A DNA stretch of 64,000 bases from Lama guanicoe (Eukaryota). Positions 1 to 12,130 of the stretch are shown in pieces (the first letter of the stretch is position 1; each line of letters opens with the position of its first letter). The translations under genes and the position numbers were made by a program. A model generated the notes under the pieces. The model was not told where the DNA came from. It was given only the letters and a program-made list of their open reading frames with translations, and did no database searches. The stretch spans positions 3,400,677-3,464,676 of the forward strand of contig MU054117.1 of the NCBI GenBank assembly GCA_013239625.1. Direction: 5' to 3'.

Positions 1-2825
1 CAGCCGGGGAGCTGTCTTCCAGGGGTGCACGTGTGCCACTCTCTTCTTCATCGTTTGCTCTTGAAGAGGGAATCAGGCAGCTTCCCCCCCGGACACCCCA
101 CCTCCACTTTGCAGGGAGCTGCTAGAGAAGCTTCAGGATGGAAGGGAGGCCAATTAGCTACGGAAGTCCATAAACCAGGGACGTAGCTCAGGATGTGGGG
201 GAGGGAGGGAGGACCCAAGGCGTCTCAGGACACTCTCGGCAGGAAGGTGGGGTTCACTCTTGTCCCTCTGCTTACGCGGCCTTGTCTGCAGCCTTTCAGA
301 CCTGACGGGGCTGACGGGTGGGCGTGGGGCCCAGACGGCGGTCAGATGGGAGAGGGCTCCGCACACCTGTGCGCGGACACGGCGGCAGGAGAGGGTCCGA
401 GGAGCCGCTTGCCGGTCTCGCTCTGTTCCTGCCCCGAGCCCGCCTCTGCGGCGGGACTGACTTCCCCCGAGTCTGAGTCACCCAGCGGTCAGAGAGGAGG
501 CCCTTGGGAGACTTCCCTTGGATGGGAAGGTTTTTAAAGGGTCGGGGACACACCCCTGCCTCGGAGGTGATCATCAGCGTGTGCAGCCCCTCGTCCAGCC
601 CGGGCCCTGGTACCAGTGAGATCAGACGCTCGGCGGCCGGTAGGGACGCCAGCCGCAGACGGCGCCAAGGGACGACCGACCATCAGGCCTTTCTGACTCT
701 GTGTATTTCAGAGCCTCTCCTTTCCACTCCCAGCATGAAAAATGGGAGTAGACATTTGGGGACAGACCTCGTCAGGGTTTGGACACTTTTATGAGCCTCT
801 AAGGAGCTGCAGGAAAGACCTCGCCATCGGAGCCCTGCGAGTCTCTTTAGAAGAGCGCCCTCTGCCGCCGAGTTAGTCACGACCTGGAAGAAGGGAGCGG
901 GTGCTTTGGGACCTAAGGCTTTCTTCTCCCTCCCAGATCCCGGTCCCTCTGCACCCCCAGGCCCCCGACACGCCCACCCCATCCCACCGGGAACTGACGT
1001 GCAGCCCAGGCTCTGAGCGCGTCCGTTTCTGACAGACGCTATTAAAGAGGGTGCACTGGGGCGAGACCTCCCGAGAAACAGTCAGCTGCGCCCCCGCCTC
1101 CAAGCGGACCCACACTTGGACTATTCCCAACAGTCAGGATGGACCAATGTCCTCCCACTTCTGCTTCACCAAGACCCCAGCCCCAGCCAGTTTCTGCCCA
1201 AGGCTTGCACACCCTCTCTTATCCTGAGCCCCTACTGCCCTGCCGTCCCACCCTCACTCACCTGGGTCTGCCCCCCCCACCCCAGCCCCTTCCTCCTAGC
1301 ACACGCCTCCCCGATGTTTGCCGGCAGAGGAGGCGGCCAGTAGGGTGTCTCTCCCTCGGAATCGCCAACCTCCATCTTCAGCTCAGCTCGGATCTGTCTA
1401 CAGATGACATGAAGGCACTTGTCGGGGGCGAGGGCTTGTCCTGCAGGCTGGGGCCCTCAAGAGTCGCAGAGGGCGCCAGCCCGTTTTGTGACTCGGTGGT
1501 TCACGTATGCCGACAGACAGTATTCGGCTCTGCCATGGCTCTCTCTGGTTTCAGGAACATTCCAATGGTTCTGGAATCTGCAGGTTCCAGGCAGACAACA
1601 TTTACGGTAGCTTGGGGAGCCTCTGCTTTAAATACTCTCAAAGGACGGGAGGCAGGAAGACATGGCACAGCAAGGAGCTGCTCCAGCCTGACCGCTCGAT
1701 TTCACAGGATTATCACTCCTCTCCGACTGCAGGGGGTCAGAGGGGTCAAAGGTCGGAGGTCGCAGCGCCCATTCGACTGCATCCAGGTACCAGCGCGTGT
1801 GGAAGACGAGGACGGCTGGGAAGGAAGTGAGGGTATCGGGTGAGAACTTGGGTGCGTTTCCTGGACGGAGCTGGAGAGGAATTAGCATCTGTCGTCCAAA
1901 GCCTCTCCGTTTCCTCCGTGCCCTAGTTTGTACCCCTCATCCCTCGCCAGAGGGGTTGCCATTATTAGGATCCTTGTCATCCGAGGTTAAAATAAGCCCT
2001 GGTTCACTGTGAGGAAAAGTTACGGGCAGGCAGCCTGGCCCCGGCGTGGTTTTGGAGCCACGCGCAGCACTGGGTCCTCCAGGCAGAGGGCTGCTCCCCG
2101 TGGGACACCCAGTCCCTTCCGCTGCTTCTAGCCCACGCCGCCGCTCTGCTCCATCCCTCCAGGAAGGGGAGCCCTTCTCCCCAGCTCCCCTGGCAGGGCG
2201 TCTCAGTGTCCACAGAGCCCTCATGGGCAGGATGCCAGGAGTGCCTGCTCTCTCTTTCTGGCTTGCTGCTGAATCTTACTCCCCGTCATCTTGCCCTCTC
2301 TGCACCGAGAGGGCAGCTGCTCCCTGCCCCCCACGCAACCCCTGCAGTCAGCGGCCTCTGAAGGGAAAGGTGATTGGAAAGAGGCAGCATGGGGGCCCGC
2401 ATCAATCCTGCTGCTTTGACAGGTGACATTCTTGCAGGCAGATTCCTGCAGCGAGGACACTGGGCGAAAGAGACCTGCTTTTCTGAGATGCCTTTGCTCC
2501 GATGCTGTCGACCAGGATGTGTGGCTGTACCTCAACACACACGTGCCTCCTCCCTGCTTTTCCTGTCCCCAAGGTCACATTCCACAGGTGTCATCTCTAT
2601 CTTCTTTCCTCAGGTGAGGTCAGAGCGTGGGATCAGTTGCCATTCTAGAATACTGGCTGCAACCACACACTCAGGTGGGTCGCACACCAAGGGGTCCGGC
2701 GGCCAAGGGGACCGACCCTGGTCTCCCCAAGCACCAGAAGAGCCCAACCCAGGAGTCACAGGGAGAGGGGACAACTGTTAATTTGTGCAAAATTCCAACA
2801 GAAAAGCTGCCTCCCTGCAGGGCCC

Positions 2826-3002
2826 TTATATCCTGGGAAGGAAGTGAGTGACAGTCATGACCGGGGACACCTTGCTGCCCCGCTTCACCCGTCCGTATTT
2901 GCTCAGTGCGATGTACGCGCCTCGGTACAGGGCTGACTCGTAGGCGTTGTAATTGTTGGGCAGGAGGGTTTCTCTGAACTTGCATTCCTCCTGGAAGCTG
3001 GG
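2826..3002 (-). CDS. FGF6: FGF6 coding exon 3 (to stop codon)
   Basis: tctctcacag|CCC AGC TTC... Encodes [23 protein letters not shown]...THFLPRI then TAA. Confidence 0.97.
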   Translation of the reverse strand, partial: PSFQEECKFRETLLPNNYNAYESALYRGAYIALSKYGRVKRGSKVSPVMTVTHFLPRI

Positions 3003-6000
3003 CTGTGAGAGAAACAGACAGAGGATCAGCGATAACCAAGGCATGGCGGTCCCCTGGCCGCGAGCAGCTCCTTCCCGTCCTCAGACCACCACCAGGAGAG
3101 CTCAGCCATCCTGGAGGCAGAGGCGGGAAGGGCCCCAGGAAGCGACTTCAGGGCTGTCGTGGCCCCCCACCCCCAACTCCTTCACAATGAGGAAGCCCCG
3201 GCCCAGCGTCAGGGGCGGGCTGTCTGTGCCACGTGGGTGGAGGGGTGTCTGCGGACTTCCAGTCCCGGCACCTGCTGCTAAGCACCGCGATGCTATTCCA
3301 TTCAGAGAAAGGACCAGGAAAGGACGAAAGAAGCTGTTTCCTCAAGTCCGCTGCCAGAAGGGCCTAGTGGGGCAGGACTGAGGGCCAGGTTCCACTTAGC
3401 GGCTCCTGTGTGTGACTGTGGCACCTCCTCCCCACCAGCCTCCGGCCCCTTCTCTGCAGACCGCGTGGTGGGGGAGCAGGGGGGCGGGCGGTCAGTGGAG
3501 GGCGGAGACGGGTGGCTTTCTAAGCCCTTCCCAGCGCGTCTGTTTAACACGGTGACTCTCTCCCCACTTGCGCTCTTTCACCATCTTTCCCAGTTTAAGG
3601 ACCAAGTTGGCTGCCCTGAAGGAGCCCATCCTTGGTTTTGACTGGGAGCCCAGAAGGTTCCAGTGCCCACCCCCTCCCCGGCCTCAGCAGTCGTGGCTCT
3701 GCGGGGACGGGCAGGAACAGAGACGGTTACAGAACAGAGGAGCAGCGATTTTTACGGGAAAAGAACCTGGTTCCCGCTGTGACAGGTGGTGCCGTGCAGT
3801 CTGGGGCTGGTGATGAATCGCACCCTTCAGAGCGTGTCGTGTGAGGACCACCTGTTCAGAGAAGGAGGGCTGGACTTCCCGTCACACATCAGCAAGTTCA
3901 CTCCCAATAAATCACCCATGTCCTCCTTTCCTCCGAGAAAAGCGGGCCCTTTGCCCCCCGCAACCCACCCGGGTCCCTGCCCCGAGGGAGGCGAGAGGGC
4001 TTTCCGTGCCTTGGACGCGGGAAGCTCCGTGGGAGCCGGGAGACCTGGGAGCTAGTCTTTAAAGAAACGCAGAATGAAACGGAGAGAAATAGGCAGCGTA
4101 TAATATCCGACTCCTTCCTGCCGAGTGAGGCCACCGGCTATAAAAAACCCACTCAATGGCTGGGCGGCTGTGCCAGAGATGTCACCTGACCTCGAAAGGA
4201 TCGTACTATGAGCTCCTGGCCCAGCCGGCAGTGGGGTGGACGAGAGCCTCTTCCTGTTGGGAACGGACAGTGATGAGCTGGCCGCTCGGGGCTCTGACTC
4301 CCGGGCCCTTCGAGTGTCTCAGTGCCACAGCACTGGGAACAGGGCACGGTCCTCACAGGCTGTGTCTTGATGGGCACGTGATGCGGGATGAACGATTCTC
4401 CAACAGGGACCACACTGACACCCACGGACGCCCGGGAGTGAGTGAGGGGCAGCGTGGCCTGGGGAACCCTTGCCTGCTGCTGGGTGAATGCCTCCACCCT
4501 ATGCCTCACGGGCCCCTGGGTTCCTGGTTACAGAGCAGCCTCACGTGAAGGTCATTTGCTTGAGATGAACATGGAACTTCCACATCAACCGGCTTCTGAG
4601 CACCACGCGGGGAGTTTTGTCTTCACGAGTTTTCATCTTTCTTGTTATGGCTCAGGAAATAGTTATAGAACGGTTAAAGGAAGGAACACAGACAAAGGAA
4701 GGAATGCCCCGAAGCAGGGAAAAGAAACGAATCGAAGTAGGCAAAGAGTTTACGAAGATTCACTTCTTACTGAACTGGGCAAATGATCTCCCCTCCTAAG
4801 CCTGGCTCCCTCGCCTGTGAAGTGGGAGCAGTGAGAGCAATTATGCCGTAGAACTGGGCTGAGCATTAATCGAAATAATTCACAGAAAGTCCTTGGCCCG
4901 ATGCCGGGCAGGGAGTGAAATAAATAATTGGGGCCTCTTGGGGCTGTGGTTTCTCTCCCTGTGCACAGGGTGTCGGGGCAGCTGATGGGCAAATCTCTGG
5001 AGCAACAGCACGAAGAGAAAATGAACTCAGGATGGATGGTGAAAGCTAAGTAGAAATAAAGCTACGTGGATTCAAAGTCCAGGGAAGAGCAATGAGCAAA
5101 ATACAGCCCGGAAGTAAATCCAGGCAAGAGCGTGAAATAAAAATGGATCTGAAATGAATGTAAAAGAAAAGTGGCTTGTCAAATCACTGGAGGTAACATG
5201 GTGCTGGAAGAATGCTCTTACAAATAATAATAAAAATAATAACGTGTGATGTATGACTTTATTCCTAACACTGAAATAAATCCCAAAAGGAGTAGATTTC
5301 CATGTAAAAAAACGAACCCTAAAAGTCCAGAAAAAGTTTTAAAAAAAAGAGAGAGAGAGAAAGATCTCTCTAAGCAGGACACGAAAAACTAGAAGCCATT
5401 TTAAAAAAACCAAAATAAATAAATTAGACTTCTGCTTGGAAACAATTACCTCAAACAAAATAAAAAAACAAATAACTAGATACAAAATACTTACAGTGCA
5501 TGACATTTTGCAATACATGTTGCCATACATTGCATTTTTATGACTATATTCAGAATTCTTCACTCACTGAAAAATGGATTTTTATGAACAGTTCACAGAA
5601 AAGGAAATACAAGTAGCATTTGAATATAAGAAAATACGCCTCATAGAGAAACATAAGCCATGAGGGTGAGACCACGTTTTTAATTGTCGGGGTGGCAAGC
5701 AGGACAGGGTTTGCTAAGACACTTTCCCTGGTGAAAGCTCGGGGCTGAGGAGTCTCATCTGATGCCCGTTGGTGTGTGTATTGTTATGACCACTATAAAG
5801 AGAAAATTTATGATATTTATCAGAATAAAATAATAAATACAGCTTTGACTAGTAATTCCACTTCTAGGAATTTATCTGACTGGTTCACTCCCACTCCTGT
5901 ACAGAAGTGACCCACTGTGGCATCGTTTAAAATAGTGAGAGACCAGAAACACCCAAGTGTCCTTCGGGAGGGAGACCCCCACCACGGGAGACGCTGAGCC

Positions 6001-9000
6001 ACGGAAAACTGTGAGCCTCTTTGTGCACTGACTTGAAATGGTCTCCAAGACACAGTGCTAAGTGAAGAGGCCAGATGCAAACAGTATATGTAGTTTGCGT
6101 GATTTAAAAAAATGATACCAGTGTGAGCACAGGCATGGGGACCCCGGTTCTTTCTGGGATTAGACCCAAGGGATGGGCAACAGCAGTCACTCTGGGGAGG
6201 GCTCTTAGGGGCCCCGACACAGCGGTGAGAGTAAGACTGAATTTCCACGGCGTATTCTTGTGTGTCTTTTTTCCCCTTAAACCACGTCCACGTGTTACCT
6301 AGTCGTCTAAGTAGATTATTGAAGATGGGAAGGGAATTCAGGACGGAAGATGGATCAGGGAATGGAATGAGAGAATCTTCGTATCCGAGACTGCTGGTCT
6401 CTCCCCTCTCTGCTCGCCGCCTTCCCCTCTGTTCTAACTTTTTATGTCCCTAGAGAGCAGCCCGCCTGCCAGTTTCCGGGGGAATTCACTTCTGATCTGG
6501 ACGGTGGTCAAGGGAGCGGTTTCGAGCATGGTTTGCAAACTCTGAAGAGGTAGTCAGATCTTGGCGTGGTGAGCATGGGGAAGAGCTGGGGAAGGGGGAG
6601 GAACTGCGCGACTCAGGCTAGGACCTCAGGGCCTCTGCCCAGATGCTCTGGTCTAGAACGCGTCCAGTTTAAGAATCCAGGCCTCGCTAATGTCTGGATC
6701 TCCTAAAGCACATTTCATGCGTGGTGATGGTTGTATATACACTGTGCTTCGTTCTCTGCTCATCAGATTTATTTTTAAATTTATTTTAAAAATTTTGGGG
6801 GGTGGTAATTGGGTTTATTTATTTGTTTGTTTAATGGAGGTACCGGGAAGTGAACCCAGGACCGCGTGCGTGCTAAGCATGTGCTCTACCACTGAGCTAG
6901 ACCTCCCTGCCTTCTGCTCATCAGAGTTTGATGACTCAACCCCTTCTTTTTTTTTTGATTTCTGACCTCTGTTCCTTTTCTCTAGCCTATCTCGCAGTCC
7001 TAGCCTTCCCCAGAATTCGATACAAATCTAAAGTGAGGAAAGAGAAATGGATGCAGTCTGCTGTAGAAACCTCTCCGCCCCTCCCCTGCCCGCTCCTCTC
7101 TGCGCCACCTCCACCCTATCCGGGGCGTTCAGGTGGCTCCCGGGCGGGTGGCAGGGGGCCAAGGCCATTTCCCCTGAGCTCTTCGCTGCGGCCCAATGCT
7201 CCAGGCCAGTGGGGCTTTCCCGCCGCCCACGTGGACGGCCCCGCTGGTATCAAGATTTAGCCCCTCGATCCGTCTCCCCGCGTGGGTCCCTGCGCTCTGC
7301 GTCTCACGCCTCAGGAATGCTGGCTCCTTGGCTCTGGTGAGAAGAGCACTCTTGCCAAGTGAACACCGTGTTAGTAAAAGCAGCTACTGTATATGATTAC
7401 TTGAACAAATGAAAATAATTCCACTGGATCATATTTCCCGGGGCTGCTGGGCCCCAAGCTCCAGCGTGACAATGCCTTAAATTCCATGTAGGTCTAATCA
7501 GACTTAGGAGGCACCCAGCTCTGAAGCGTCCAGCGCCCATTCTGCAGAGGAGTGGAGGCAGGGGTGTTTTGGCACGAATTACGTCCGGTGGAAACGCCCC
7601 TTGGAGCCTGGTGCGGACCAGACATCCACTCCAGCCTCTTGTCTTGCTTCCCTAGGTGGCCCGGACTGAGGGAGGTGTTTTTTTGTCTTTACAAACTTTC
7701 CTTCCAGGGCTGCCCTGGACCGCTTGTCCCTGGTACTCCTGGTTGTGAGAGTGCATGGGAGATGGAGGGGGGTGTTGGCTGGATTAAAGGAGGTGGGTGG
7801 TGAGAAAACCCCAGAACACTCCTTGTCCTAAGACGCTTTCCTCCGGCAGCCCCTGGCTGCTGTGCTTTCTGTCCTTAGCTGAAATAGAGAAATAACACCT
7901 CCCGGCTCTGAAGAGGCTGCTGACCCCCGTTCCTCGCACACAGCTGCACTGGCGGTTCAGACGCGTTTGAAGGTGCTTTCACTGGCTTGTGGTGCTTCTC
8001 ATTCCTGTGTGGCTCTTTGTAGCGGGTGGGCTGCAGACAAAGCCCTGTGTGAGGCTGCCTGCAGGGCTCCCCGGGCTGCTCACTGCTCTGGGGCTCCATC
8101 TCCCCGTCTCCTGGCCCCTCCACTGGGTGCTAACACTAGGGACCCTTTGTCCCATCCACCCAGGAACCCGTCTCCCCTAGGGGAGAGGAGCAGCTAACTG
8201 AGCGAGGGAACACCTCGGTCCTCCCCTCTGCGGATGAAATGGATGCTGCACTTTGCACGTTGTCACTGTGCTGATGATGAAAAGGATGGAGACCCAGTGA
8301 TAACTGGTAAAACAAGATCACTGAAAAGCGCAAGTGAATTCCTGGCAGCCTTTGTCCCTACCTGTTTTTAACGGCCAAAGGAGTCTCATAGAACCAATGT
8401 CACGTGGAGATCTTTGATTTTTTTTCTTTTAAATTTTAAAAAGGTCAAGGAGATTGGAACTCACTGATTCCTGCCTCGGTCCACATCCAAGAGAGCAGAG
8501 GTCCAGGCCCAGAGAGGGTCAGAGACTTTGTCCAAAGTCAGCCAGGAGCGGGAGGGCAGGCAGGCAGGCGCTGGGACACCTTGGTCCCGTGCATGGAGTC
8601 CCACAGCCACTGGCCCCGTTCCTGCCTCTCCACCCAGCGCGACTGCAGGCCTTCTGCAGGCTGCTGAGAGGGGCTCTTCGGGCTGCTCCTCTGCAGGGAG
8701 GGGGTACTCGCTCCAGCAGAGCCTAGGGTGGCCCCAGCTGCCGCCTGTCCTCTCGCCTTTGCAGACAGCGGTTCAGGGAAAAGGGTGTCTGAGAATCCCA
8801 GCCTCTCGCCCGCTTCCTCTCTCAGGGCCCTCAGAGCCAGCGTAGCCCCCGAAGGGCCATGAGGCCTGGTGGGCTCTCAGCCTGCTAGCACCTCAGAAAT
8901 ACCTGGGAAACTTAAGAAAACAGAAGACTAAACAGACTTGTAGGCTTGCATTCCAGCCTCACAGACTAAGCACGTCTGAGGAGGGTCCCCAGACACCTGG

Positions 9001-11809
9001 GCCTTTAACAAGTTACCAAGGCGATGTGGATGCGGAGGGTCCGTCTACAAGCCTCACCTGGGGGTGGGAGGGGCGGCAGAGCCTGGCGCTGGGCCTGTCT
9101 GGACAATAGAAATAGCTCCCCTGTTCTGAACACCTGCGGCTTGCCAGGAGCTCTGTGGGTGCTTTCTGAGCACAGCCCCCCAGCATCCCTGGGAGGCGCC
9201 TTTGATCCTTACCCTCACTTTGCAGAGGGGACCCTGGGTCTCCAAGTTCTCAGGTCAATCAGGGCTGAGTGCAGACCTGTCTCAGGCACTACAGGTCACA
9301 CCTGCCCGGAAGGCCGGCAGCAGAGGCGCGCCTGGTGCGCAGCCCGGACTGAGATCCAGCACCTGCCCGCCTGCCCGCCTGCTCCTGTCTTCGGAGGCCC
9401 CCTAATTTTAATGCATGCCTTGTCTCCACGTAAACCCACCTGCACCAAGAGGTGTCAGTGCTGAAGGTGGCGGGCCAAGGCCACCCAGGCACCCCATTTG
9501 GGTGCTTAACAACCCTTGTCTGTTGACACAGCCTCCCCGGACCCCAGCACCGATCCCAGACCTCCCTGCCCGCTTCCTGACCGGCAGTCTGTCCCCACGC
9601 AGAGGCAGGACAGCCCTCCACACCCTCCCCGTAAATAACTCTGCTATTCCTTGACATTGGCTCAGAGACCTTCCTTTTTTGTCTTCTGATTTCTGTCAGA
9701 AGAACTCCCAGTGTCTTCGCCTTCCTCGGGATGATTTCCCAGCCCATGTTTTGGAGTAAGTCAAGTCATGGGCCGAGAGACCCAGGAATGAGGTGGACTG
9801 AGAGAGCAGGGGTCTTGGTAAAAGTGCTTAGAAGCTGGAGAGCTGAACCAAAGTGCTGGCGTTGCCCCCCCCGGGGGGGGGCTGTGATGGGGAGAAGGAA
9901 GGGGGTGGGGACTGGCGCCAGCTAAGGGGCTGTAACAGGGAGGCTGCTTCTCCGGCCCATGGGATCAGAGATCAGAGGACTTAAACCTTCAAGTAAAATG
10001 TCCACGTACTAACAAAGTTGAGGAAAAGAGCCTTATTTCTCCTCTTATGGTGCTCTGGGCCGGGGGCTGAGAGGCAGGCCACTTGTCCAGGCCTCTCCAG
10101 CTCAGGGAATCTAACCTGACCATATGCCTGGATGGCAGCTTTCTGCTGGAATGCAGGCTTCCCTGGGACCTAAGAGCCCCCTGAGCCGGGGTTCCTGTCT
10201 AATGACAAGGCTCCAGGAGGCCGGATCAGGAAAAACACGGCCCAGAGCACAGGCCGATGAACTGTGCAGCACACAAAGGGTGAGCGCCTCACTTGCACAG
10301 CCCCCTTCCAGGCCCCTCCCCCTCCTTCTACACAAACACTCTGTCTTTGCTCAAGGTTTTGCATCATCGTCAACCGCGTAAGCTTCAGGCCTCGCACACG
10401 CGCCGCTCCCGGCCTGGGGGACTCACCGTCGTGTACAGCCTTCCTTTACTGTTCATGGCAACGAAGAGGGCACTTTTCACCCCAAAGAGACTCACCACGC
10501 CCCGCTCCACCGTGGAGATCTCCAGCAGGCCTGACAAAGACAGAGGGGCCGCGTTACCCCAGGCTGGTGGGAATCAGAGCGGGACAGGATGCTGCAGGTG
10601 ACCCTCCCGGGGCACTGAGGCCCGTCCCCCGCTCCTGGAGGTCGGACCCTCCGTCGCCCCCTCCCTGTCTCACTTGAGGAGATGGGCTGCCTGCCTCGGC
10701 CAGTCCTGCCCACACACTGCTGAGAACCCAGTGAGTTCTGGCATCGGAGGTAGAGCTCGCCGTGGCCACTGAGGCACCTACCCAGGGTCAGCGGTGACGC
10801 TGGGCGTTCATCGACTTAATCCTATACAGTCCTCGATGTGGGTGAAAAAAGTGAACCCGGATGAGTTTTGTTCAAACCGTATACGCCCCGTGTTTCAACA
10901 ACCCGCTGCCCATCTAGCCTGCGACACTGCAGCCACGCGAGGCTGCCGGTTTGTCGGGGTCCTGCAGCCCCAGCCCCTCGGGGAGAGCCCACCTCGGCGG
11001 GTCGGACGGAGGAGGCAAGGGGAAGCCAGAAGGGGGACTTCAGCTGGAAGCTCTGCAAATGACTTGTCGTTCCCCCTCAAACGGGGAAGCTAAGTAAAAA
11101 CCAGCTTGTGTCTGATTCGGCCCAAGCATCCTCACGCATTCTCCCCACCCCGGCCGCATGGCTCCCCAGGCTGGTGGCTCCCGGTGGTCCTGCAAGGCCA
11201 CGGCTGGGCCCGTGATGCTGACACAGTTACTGTCTCAGAGGCTCCGCGGGGTGACGGCAGAGGTCACCAGGATGCCGGGGCCCCGCACATGCAGGGTCAG
11301 AGCCAGCCTGGGGGAGGGGGCTGGCCTGACGAGCATCCGAGGGAGAATCGCTTTTTCCCCTCTTCGTAAGGGGACCCCAAGCACCAGCTCAGGGCCCCTT
11401 CATCCTCCATCCCTGCTTGCACCCCGGCCCCCGGCTTCCCAACTGGCTGCAGCTGGCACTCACTGTAGGGGCTCTCCTCGTGGGTCCCGCTGATCCGGCC
11501 GTCGGGCGGCACCTGGAGGTGGAAGCCGATGCCCACGTTGCAGTAGAGCCTCCTCTGCCGCTTGAGCCCCACCAGATAGCCGCTCTCCCAGGGGACACCA
11601 GCGGTCTCCCCGGCCAGCCCTGCGCGAGACCTGGACAGCAGGGCGCCCCAGCCCCTCGAGCCCAGCCGCGTGCTGTTGGCGCGGATGCCCACGGGGGAGG
11701 GCTCCACCATACCCACTAGGACGCCGAGGAGGACGAGGGCCCGCAGTGTGCCCCACAGACACCCTGCTCCCCGGGACATAGTGATGAGCGGCCTCTGTCC
11801 CAGGGCCAT
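2826..11809 (-). CDS. FGF6: Fibroblast growth factor 6, complete spliced CDS join(11809-11464, 10530-10427, 3002-2826), 208 aa
   Basis: Three exons of 346+104+177=627 nt with GT-AG boundaries and consistent phases. The protein [14 protein letters not shown]...[15 protein letters not shown]...[17 protein letters not shown]...THFLPRI* is recognisably FGF6. Confidence 0.97.
5150..6320 (+). mobile_element. Old L1 (L1M-type) 3' fragment in FGF6 intron 2
   Basis: A-rich tract with L1 3' motifs (aattccacttctaggaatttatc, gaaacacccaagtgtcc). Boundaries approximate. Confidence 0.6.
6768..6912 (-). mobile_element. tRNA-derived SINE (Vic-1-like, camelid type) with a 13-bp target-site duplication
   Basis: The reverse strand has A-box TAGCTCAGTGG, B-box-like GGTTCACTTCC and an A-rich tail. 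TSD tctgctcatcaga at 6755-6767 and 6913-6925. Confidence 0.85.
10427..10530 (-). CDS. FGF6: FGF6 coding exon 2
   Basis: tctttgtcag|GC CTG CTG GAG...TAC ACG ACG|gtgagt. Encodes (S)[34 protein letters not shown], 104 nt. Not represented in the ORF track. Confidence 0.97.
11464..11809 (-). CDS. FGF6: FGF6 coding exon 1 (signal peptide, N-glycosylation sequon NST, start of the FGF core)
   Basis: ATG at 11809. Ends ...CCC TAC A|GTGAGT (phase 1). In-frame Met1, Met11 and Met34 are present. Confidence 0.97.
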
Positions 11810-12076
11810 CCACCTTGCCTCTCAGGCACGTGGTCAGAATTAATGGCCCTAAAAATACCGCCCTTCTTGTTTTTCTCTGCTCGGCATGGCGGCAGGGGCT
11901 TATTTTTGGAAGGCAGTTGAAGGCTGCTGACATGAAACCAAAGCCTGCTTTGGGCACTCGGGACTGGAGCAGAGGGACCCAGGCTGAGCCGCGGCTGGTA
12001 GGGACCATGGCTCGGGGACGCGGTCGAGCTGGCCCGCTTGCTCCGACCCGAGTTGATTATATTTGATTTGACCTAT

Positions 12077-12130
12077 CTTTATAGTTCAGCTACACGGCCC
12101 TCCCCTCCAGCCATCGGCGCCCTGACGTCA
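12077..12130 (-). promoter_or_regulatory. FGF6: FGF6 core promoter: TATA box (TATAAAG, 12083-12077) and perfect CRE palindrome (TGACGTCA, 12123-12130)
   Basis: Both motifs are seen directly about 270-320 bp upstream of the ATG and about 40 bp apart. They imply a TSS near 12050 (inference). Confidence 0.65.

Noticed and set aside
1139..1843. 234-aa + strand ORF
   Set aside because: No recognisable domain, GC-rich composition, antisense to the FGF6 downstream region. It is most likely a chance ORF.
6835..6910. tRNA-like sequence (also at about 20857-20929)
   Set aside because: It has an A-rich tail, a TSD and diverged stems, so it is a SINE head rather than a tRNA gene.
11297..11463. ORF-track extension of FGF6 exon 1 (ECQLQPVGK...)
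   Set aside because: Read-through into intron 1 past a consensus GTGAGT donor.
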